Origin: an uncultured Gammaproteobacteria bacterium | GTDB taxonomy: Bacteria > Patescibacteriota > Microgenomatia > Daviesbacterales > UBA10151 | NCBI GenBank assembly: GCA_964649615.1 | Contig: CAZYPW010000004.1 | Location: 9,153-73,152 of the forward strand | DNA: 64,000 nucleotides | Direction of reading: 5' to 3' | Part shown: piece after piece, positions 58,126-64,000 of the stretch | Layout of the letters: each line of letters begins with the position of its first letter | Numbering within the stretch: position 1 is the stretch's first letter | Program-made: the position numbers and the translations under genes | The notes under the pieces: generated by a model | Databases searched by the model: none | What the model was told of the DNA's origin: nothing | Seen by the model: the letters and a program-made list of their open reading frames with translations, nothing else

Positions 58126-59034
58126 TTAAATAAGCTCATAAAAACCATTTCCTACTCTCCTAACTATTCCTTCTTGGACTAAAAGATTAAGACCTCTGCC
58201 GAAAGCCGATCTTCCAGGTTTTCTCTCATTCTCTTGATTTATCAATTCAGCTAAATGACTTAACTTAACTGGCTCACCTATTCTTTGCATAGCCTCTATT
58301 AATTTTCCCCTAGTTTCATCTCCACCTTTAGGACCAATATGACTTCTTTCCTGCTGATAGTTGTCTAGGAAGTAGGATAATTTTGTTGAAACCAATGGTC
58401 TGTTTGGAAGTGGGGTTAGAGTATCAGCTACTTCTTTTATTGGTAAAAGTACTTCATCATAAAACATCTTAGTTAAATCAGTTGCTTCAGCTTGGCTTAC
58501 AGTATCTCCCCCCTTAAAAACTGACTGATGGGATAAAGCCCCAATGTTAGATAAAAATGTGAGGACATTTGAAATATCACTAGGATATACATTTAGGGCA
58601 TTCCCCAGATCATACCAAGTAAAAGTAGTATCAGGATACTGTAAAATATAATTAATTATCTTATTAAAAAAGCTTCTATTTTTAAAAGCTTTCCTCTTTT
58701 TTCTCATTTCCTGATACAAATATTCCACATCATGAAGTTTTTCTTCATCCCTTAATATATAGCCAGACCAACCTTTAACCTTCTGACCTCTGTGATCTCT
58801 TCCAGGAGATTGGTAATGAAGGATACCACAAGCGCTGGAGTTGTCTGAATCATCACCCAAATTATTTAAAACAAGTGAAATAGCTCCTCTTTTAACTTGC
58901 CCTTCTAAGACCTCTTCCAAATCAACAGTTCGATGTACACCAGGATGAGTTACCAGGTACTCAACCACCTTAAAAACTGCTAGAGGGCGTCTTTCATCTG
59001 TCCGGGATTGAATAGAGCCTATCAGTCTGAACAT
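58126..59034 (-). CDS. hypothetical protein (possibly winged-helix containing), moderately GC-richer
   Basis: 302-aa ORF with no recognisable catalytic motif. C-terminal LLVQEGIVRRVGNGFYEL resembles a wHTH recognition helix/wing. Confidence 0.4.
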   Translation of the reverse strand: MFRLIGSIQSRTDERRPLAVFKVVEYLVTHPGVHRTVDLEEVLEGQVKRGAISLVLNNLGDDSDNSSACGILHYQSPGRDHRGQKVKGWSGYILRDEEKLHDVEYLYQEMRKKRKAFKNRSFFNKIINYILQYPDTTFTWYDLGNALNVYPSDISNVLTFLSNIGALSHQSVFKGGDTVSQAEATDLTKMFYDEVLLPIKEVADTLTPLPNRPLVSTKLSYFLDNYQQERSHIGPKGGDETRGKLIEAMQRIGEPVKLSHLAELINQENERKPGRSAFGRGLNLLVQEGIVRRVGNGFYELI

Positions 59035-59570
59035 GGAGTCAAACTGATGAGGGAGACCACCCTGTCCTACTTGGTAAACAAACTCACAAACATATGATGT
59101 GATAAGAAGAATGCAAAACCAAGGTGTGGCTAAAGATGCCTTCCCAGTTACTTATAGTGCTGCCTGGGCATATTGTGAACGTATGGATAAAGATGGGGAA
59201 ATAAAAGATGGCTCGTTGGTAAGGATTGGAACAGTGGTTAAACAGGCTCATCTCAGGTCTTTGGAGAGGGGTGAGGAAACAGGGTATATTTTGTCTCAAG
59301 CAGGAGCAGATTTAGCAATGTCCCTTTTACCATAATAAAGCTGTTTGGCTGTAAAATAAATTGTTCCCTGATCCATTCCTGCTAGGACTACTATTTTTGG
59401 ATCCGGGGTTAGGGTAGATAATAAGCCCCCTAATCCTCTTTCAGGATTGTAACTATCATTTTCAGCCGAGTGCAAAGAAACAAAATCTTTATATCTTTCT
59501 AGTTTTTCGGGACTTATTGCCATGGTCGAATTATAGGATATTTATTTGGTGAATACAAATTGAGGCAAGT

Positions 59571-59960
59571 CTAATTTTTATAAAGCTTCTCAAAATCTTG
59601 ATCAAAAGAAAAAAGCTCATCTTTTTTGGCTATTTGAGACAGATAAATGTCTGTAAAATCCTGCTTTCTTTTGATCATTTTTTCCAGAACCTTTGCCATC
59701 AATTCTTTCTCAACCTCAATAATTTTAATGTTTTTAAGAATTAATAGCTTAATAAGCTGTGGAAGAAATATTTTTCTTTTAATTTTGTAGAATTTCTCCA
59801 GTATCCAAACAACTTCATTTACTACTAAAATTGAAACTAATGCATTAACTTCTCTTTCCTCAATACTTTCAAAAAAACTCCTGGACTTCTGATACTGTTC
59901 TTCAACATCTCTAGTGATAAATCTTATGAGGATATTACTGTCTACAAAGACATCTTTCAT
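59571..59960 (-). CDS. vapC: PIN-domain toxin VapC
   Basis: MKDVFVDSNILIRFITRD with conserved acidic residues (D, E in VVNEVVW, D in FDQDF). 129 aa. Confidence 0.75.
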   Translation of the reverse strand: MKDVFVDSNILIRFITRDVEEQYQKSRSFFESIEEREVNALVSILVVNEVVWILEKFYKIKRKIFLPQLIKLLILKNIKIIEVEKELMAKVLEKMIKRKQDFTDIYLSQIAKKDELFSFDQDFEKLYKN

Positions 59961-60236
59961 TTACTTTTTATTCATCTTCTTCACTAAATCTCTGGCCACA
60001 ATTTTTTTTGTTTCTTCCATTACTTTAGAAAAAGGTATTCCCCTTTTTGAAGGTGGGATATATTTCAACAGACTTCCTCCGACCTGATCCACTATGGAAG
60101 TTTTCAAGGGTTTTACCAAAAGAGCACCCTTTTGGGGATATAATGCTATTCTCATTCTAGGAGCTAATTTTAACTCTTGCTGGATATCTTTGGGAATAGT
60201 TATTTGACCTTTAGAAGAAAGTAAAGTTATTTTCAT
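59961..60236 (-). CDS. AbrB/MazE-type (SpoVT/AbrB swapped-hairpin) antitoxin
   Basis: MKITLLSSKGQITIPKDIQQELKL is typical of the swapped-hairpin barrel. Immediately upstream of the VapC gene. Confidence 0.65.
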   Translation of the reverse strand: MKITLLSSKGQITIPKDIQQELKLAPRMRIALYPQKGALLVKPLKTSIVDQVGGSLLKYIPPSKRGIPFSKVMEETKKIVARDLVKKMNKK

Positions 60237-60269
60237 ATTACTTTAATTATAACATATTACTTTACTAAA

Positions 60270-62309
60270 TCAAATGACAACCTCAGATTTATCAGTTTTT
60301 GGTTTAGTCCAGGAAGCAAATTTGCAGCCTGGCCAGTTTTTACAGCCGTAAAAAGTTTTCCCTTTTCTGGTTTTTCTGACCACAATCTCTCCTCCGTCTA
60401 ATGGACATTTAGCATTAACTTTTTCCTCAAGGCTTTCTGTATGTTTACAATCAGGAAAACCACTGCAGGCTAAAAATTTACCAAACTTACCTATTCTCAC
60501 CATTAATTGTTTACCACATAAGGGACAATTTTTATCCACCATCTCAACTTCCATTTTAACTTTTTGAGCCGTTTTTTCGGTCTGCTCTAATTTTTTCTCA
60601 AAAGGATCGTAAAATGCTTTGATTGTTGGCTTCCATTGTCTTTCTCCTCTGGCAATATCATCCAGTTCATCTTCCATTTGGGCTGTGAATTGGTAATCAA
60701 AAACATCCGGAAAATACTCCATTAAAAAATCACAAACTGTAAATCCCAGGCCAGTTGGAATAAACTTTCTCTCTACTCTTTCAACATAAAACCGCTCCTG
60801 GATGGTGGAAAGGGTGGGTGCATAAGTAGAAGGCCTGCCAATCCCCAGCTCTTCCAGTTTTTTAATCAATGAGGCTTCATTATATCTGGGAGGAGGCTCA
60901 GTAAAATGCTGCCCGGGAATAAGCTGAATTAAGTTCAATAGTTGTTTTTCAGATAGCACTGGCAAAACCTGTTTTTTCTCATCTCCCTCTTTTTCAGCTT
61001 CCTTCCCATATAATTTTAACCAACCATCAAATTTAATTACACTACCAGTTACTCTCAGTAAATAATTGTCTGCTAATATATCAATAGCTGTCTGATCCAT
61101 CACTGCCTCAGACATCTGGCAAGCCACAAATCTTTTCCAAATTAAATCATATAATCTAACATGGTCTTTGTTAAAATTATCCTGTTGCCTGATGCCTGTT
61201 GCCTGTAACCTGACATCTGTTACTCTGATTGCCTCATGGGCTTCCTGGGCATTTTTGGATTTTGATTTAAAAATTCTAGCTGCTTTAGGCAAATAAGATT
61301 TGCCGATTGAATTCTCAATATATGTGCGTACTGCTCCAATTGCCTGGGCAGACAAATTAACAGAATCTGTTCTCATGTAAGTAATGAAGCCATGTTCATA
61401 TAAATTCTGGGCCAGCATCATAGTTTTTTTGGCTGACATCCCCAATTTGTTTGCTGCAGCTTGCTGAAGAGTTGAAGTTGTAAAAGGTGGATACGGAAAT
61501 CTCCTAGTTTCTTTTTGAGTTATTTTTGAAACAATGTAAGAAGCTTTCTCTAAATTTTTAACATGCCCATCTGCTTCTTCTTTACTGCTAATTTCCAATT
61601 TCTTGACATTTTGCTCTATTAAAGTTGCTATAAACCTTGATTCTTGAAGATCGTTAGATCGCAAGCTCTGCTTATTCTTGATTCTTGATTCTAATTCTGC
61701 TTCAATTATCCAATATTCCTCTGCTTTAAAGGCTTGAATCTCTCTTTCCCGCTCCACTATTAGCCTCAAAGCCACAGACTGAACTCTTCCTGCAGATAAA
61801 CCCTTTTTTACCTTTATCCAAAGCAGTGGAGACAATTTATACCCAACAAGTCTATCTAAGACCCTTCTGGCTTGCTGAGCATCTACGAGTTTTAAATCTA
61901 TCTCTCTAGGATTTTTAAAAGCTTCTTTGATTGCTTCAGGGGTAATTTCATGGAATACAACACGTTTTATGTCTTCACTTTTGAGTTTTGAGTTTTGAGT
62001 TTTGAGTTCAGAATTGCGTAGCAATTCTGCTATATGCCAGGCAATTGCTTCACCTTCCCTATCAGGATCTGTGGCTAAATATAAGTTTTTAGCATTTTTA
62101 GCTATTTTTTTTAGCTCATTAACTGTTTTTCTCTTATCTCTGGGGATTATATATTGGGGCTCAAAATTATGTTCAATATCCACTCCCAAATCAGACTTGG
62201 GCAAATCCCTGACATGCCCCATTGAGGCTTCTATTTGATATTTATCCCCTAAAAACTTTTGCAAAGTCCGGGCTTTGGTTGGCGATTCAACTATTACTAA
62301 ATTCTGCAT
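60270..62309 (-). CDS. topA: DNA topoisomerase I
   Basis: Toprim N-terminus LVIVESPTKARTLQKFLG, active-site Tyr region and two C-terminal C4 zinc ribbons (CPLCGKQL...CSGFPDC, CPLDGG...CKNWPGC). Confidence 0.95.
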   Translation of the reverse strand: MQNLVIVESPTKARTLQKFLGDKYQIEASMGHVRDLPKSDLGVDIEHNFEPQYIIPRDKRKTVNELKKIAKNAKNLYLATDPDREGEAIAWHIAELLRNSELKTQNSKLKSEDIKRVVFHEITPEAIKEAFKNPREIDLKLVDAQQARRVLDRLVGYKLSPLLWIKVKKGLSAGRVQSVALRLIVEREREIQAFKAEEYWIIEAELESRIKNKQSLRSNDLQESRFIATLIEQNVKKLEISSKEEADGHVKNLEKASYIVSKITQKETRRFPYPPFTTSTLQQAAANKLGMSAKKTMMLAQNLYEHGFITYMRTDSVNLSAQAIGAVRTYIENSIGKSYLPKAARIFKSKSKNAQEAHEAIRVTDVRLQATGIRQQDNFNKDHVRLYDLIWKRFVACQMSEAVMDQTAIDILADNYLLRVTGSVIKFDGWLKLYGKEAEKEGDEKKQVLPVLSEKQLLNLIQLIPGQHFTEPPPRYNEASLIKKLEELGIGRPSTYAPTLSTIQERFYVERVERKFIPTGLGFTVCDFLMEYFPDVFDYQFTAQMEDELDDIARGERQWKPTIKAFYDPFEKKLEQTEKTAQKVKMEVEMVDKNCPLCGKQLMVRIGKFGKFLACSGFPDCKHTESLEEKVNAKCPLDGGEIVVRKTRKGKTFYGCKNWPGCKFASWTKPKTDKSEVVI
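61978..62008. repeat. (GTTTTGA)x4 heptamer tandem repeat inside topA
   Basis: ttttgagttttgagttttgagttttgag encodes NSELKTQNSKLKS. Followed by a perfect 9-bp hairpin cagaattgc-gta-gcaattctg (62009-62029). Confidence 0.6.
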
Positions 62310-62440
62310 TTTTTACTCCTTTGGTAAAATTAGTGCGTGATTCGTTCATAGTTCATCGCACGAACTAACTATGAACTAACTAACTAACTAACTATTTACT
62401 ACTGTGGGGTAATTGTATATTGCTTGTCAATAGTTCGACT

Positions 62441-62680
62441 TCACTCAAAGTCAGAATCTAAAACTTCCGGGTTAACTTTTTCTAACTCTACCTTTAGATC
62501 TGTTGATTCATTAAACTGAAAAGTTTTTGGGGCATTAGGTGGAGCTGGGGTAGAAACTGGGGCAGTAACTGGTGAGGATTTAGGATTTACCAATGAGAGG
62601 TCTTTCTGACCTGTGACAAAATATACTGCGATCGCTGCCAAAATTGTCAACATAGCCACTAACAGAATTTTGTTTTTCAT
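62441..62680 (-). CDS. hypothetical small membrane-anchored Pro-rich protein
   Basis: 79 aa. N-terminal TM LLVAMLTILAAIAVYFV followed by a PVTAPVSTPAPPNAP stretch. Confidence 0.35.
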   Translation of the reverse strand: MKNKILLVAMLTILAAIAVYFVTGQKDLSLVNPKSSPVTAPVSTPAPPNAPKTFQFNESTDLKVELEKVNPEVLDSDFE

Positions 62681-63087
62681 TGTAGAGCCTTCCCTACCTC
62701 ACTTCTAGCTCTTAAGATCTTACCTTTTAAGGTTTGCAGCGAAGATCTAAGTTGAGCAGCAGATGAATACTTTTGAGCCCTTTGAAAGGCAATAGCCTCA
62801 GCTGCATAAGTGATCTGATAGTCTGCAGATTTAATGGCATCATCTATTCCCCCAAAAGCCACCCTGGTTTCTGTGATTCCTTTCCTTCTCCTTAACTCCT
62901 CCATAATAGCTGCCAGCTTTGAGAGATCATCTTCAAATCTATTACAGACCTTTTGATTAATGTTATAAAGGTTGGACGAGGCATGAGCAGGTATTATGTA
63001 GTATGTATTAAGTATTAAGAATAAGATTCCCATAATACCTAATACTTTATACTTACCGCCGAAGGCAGGGCGAGTTATACTTTTCAT
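62677..63087 (-). CDS. hypothetical secreted protein
   Basis: 136-aa ORF. The internal start MGILFLILNTYYIIPAHASS (at 63033) gives a signal peptide with an AHA cleavage site and is preceded by an agg SD. The gtataaagtatta motif lies just upstream. Confidence 0.35.
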   Translation of the reverse strand: MKSITRPAFGGKYKVLGIMGILFLILNTYYIIPAHASSNLYNINQKVCNRFEDDLSKLAAIMEELRRRKGITETRVAFGGIDDAIKSADYQITYAAEAIAFQRAQKYSSAAQLRSSLQTLKGKILRARSEVGKALQ

Positions 63088-64000
63088 GAAAGTAAATCTA
63101 CTCCTGCCTTAAAGATTTCTCCTTTATTCATTTTACCTTCCAAAATTAATCTGGAGAACTTAGCTTCCAGGGTATCTTGGATTAGTCTTCTTAAAGGCCT
63201 GGCTCCCAAAACTGGATCAAAACCCTTTTGTCCTAACTCTGAAACTAAACCTTCCTCAAATTCTACTAAATAACCTTTTTCTTCTAACTGTTTTTTTAAA
63301 CTGATAAGTTTTATCCTCACAATTTTTTCTAAATCAGTTGGTGATAAAGGCTTAAAAATAACCACATCATCAAACCTGTTAATAAGTTCAGGCTTAAAAA
63401 CTTTCAGCAGTTCATCATTAACTAATTTATCAATTTCACCCATATTTTTGCCTTGTTGCAACTCTTGGGCAATAGTTAAAGAAGCTGCATTTGAGGTAGC
63501 AATAATAATGGTATTCTCAAAACTAATTATTTTCCCCATCCCATCTGTTAATCTTCCATCTTCTAATACTTGTAAAAATAAAGTTAAGATTTTAGGATCT
63601 GCTTTTTCAAATTCATCAAGCAATAGCAGGGCATAGGGCCTGCTTCTAACTGCCTCAGTTAATAATCCTTCTTGACCAATCCCACCAATAAGCCTGCTAA
63701 CAGATTCTGGATTTTGATATTCAGACATATCAAATCTAATGAAAACTCCTTCTATTTTAAAATATACTGAAGCTAAAGTTTTAGCTAATTCTGTTTTACC
63801 TACCCCAGTTGGGCCAACAAACAAAAATGAGCCAATTGGCCTATCTTCCTGCTTTAAACCTGTAGCAGAACGCCTCAGAGCATCTGAGACTAACTTGACT
63901 GCTGGCTCCTGGTCTATTAATCTTTGATGGATTTCACCCTCCAAATTAAGCAGCCTGTTTTTATCTACATTTCCTACCTCAATCAAAGGCACTTTTACCC
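63084..64000 (-). CDS. Clp/Hsp100-family AAA+ ATPase (ClpC/ClpB-like), C-terminal D2 domain only; gene continues beyond window end
   Basis: Q.LIDQEPAVKLVSDALRRSATGL, the Walker A GPTGVGKTELAKTLA and the sensor-2 region GARPLRRLIQ. The open frame runs to the window edge. Confidence 0.8.
   Translation of the reverse strand, partial: VKVPLIEVGNVDKNRLLNLEGEIHQRLIDQEPAVKLVSDALRRSATGLKQEDRPIGSFLFVGPTGVGKTELAKTLASVYFKIEGVFIRFDMSEYQNPESVSRLIGGIGQEGLLTEAVRSRPYALLLLDEFEKADPKILTLFLQVLEDGRLTDGMGKIISFENTIIIATSNAASLTIAQELQQGKNMGEIDKLVNDELLKVFKPELINRFDDVVIFKPLSPTDLEKIVRIKLISLKKQLEEKGYLVEFEEGLVSELGQKGFDPVLGARPLRRLIQDTLEAKFSRLILEGKMNKGEIFKAGVDLLS

Noticed and set aside
59084-59523. Three mutually overlapping ORFs (71, 78 and 75 aa) in a GC-richer 500-nt stretch between a 302-aa hypothetical gene and vapC.
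   Set aside because: The ORFs overlap each other on both strands and have no motifs. More likely a decayed remnant of acquired DNA or a non-coding region. Retained only as part of the accessory-region finding.

Overview
Low-GC (roughly one-third G+C by eye), gene-dense bacterial chromosomal segment with mostly minus-strand housekeeping operons. I found no rRNA, tRNA or CRISPR array, and no evidence of a non-standard genetic code.

Gene content, in order:
- A de novo purine/GMP/AMP biosynthesis supercluster: purM, prs, purC, purE, purB, purH, two archaeal-type purP paralogues, purA, guaA, purQ, a purS-purL fusion, purD, purN and purF. Most junctions are ATGA-type translationally coupled overlaps.
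- dgkA and a PAP2 phosphatase, gdh, an M16 peptidase, cmk, rarA, cysS.
- recR, ybaB, folD, glyA, dnaX; then ybeY, yqeY, rpsU, a HIT protein, tig, proS, rseP; then frr, tsf, rpsB; then folA, thyA and two dcd/dut-family genes.
- A roughly 10 kb accessory stretch (49.9-60.3 kb) carrying three or four toxin-antitoxin pairs, GC-richer orphan genes, a catalytic-domain-only aspartokinase, tmk and pyrG.
- topA, two small hypothetical genes, and the D2/C-terminal part of a Clp ATPase running off the window end.

The overall style (PurP in a bacterium, a short EF-Ts, membrane-anchored low-complexity proteins) suggests an uncultivated reduced-genome bacterium, possibly Patescibacteria/CPR-like. That is inference only.

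Most notable observations:
1. Short GC-rich palindromes, hairpins and shared oligonucleotide blocks sit in-frame inside conserved housekeeping genes (purL, thyA, proS, purH, dnaX, the sGDH gene). One of these elements also has intergenic copies. This resembles Rickettsia palindromic elements.
2. A textbook leader-peptide attenuator precedes the aspartokinase gene: Thr-rich leader ORF, overlapping 1:2 / 2:3 / 3:4 stems, and a terminator.
3. A GC-rich two-gene module (633-aa HExxH protein plus 84-aa acidic protein) lies between purF and dgkA and looks foreign.
4. An XRE regulator gene is disrupted by a single in-frame TAA.
5. A remnant of a four-helix-bundle (23S-IVS-type) gene is flanked by inverted TATACTTTATAC repeats.
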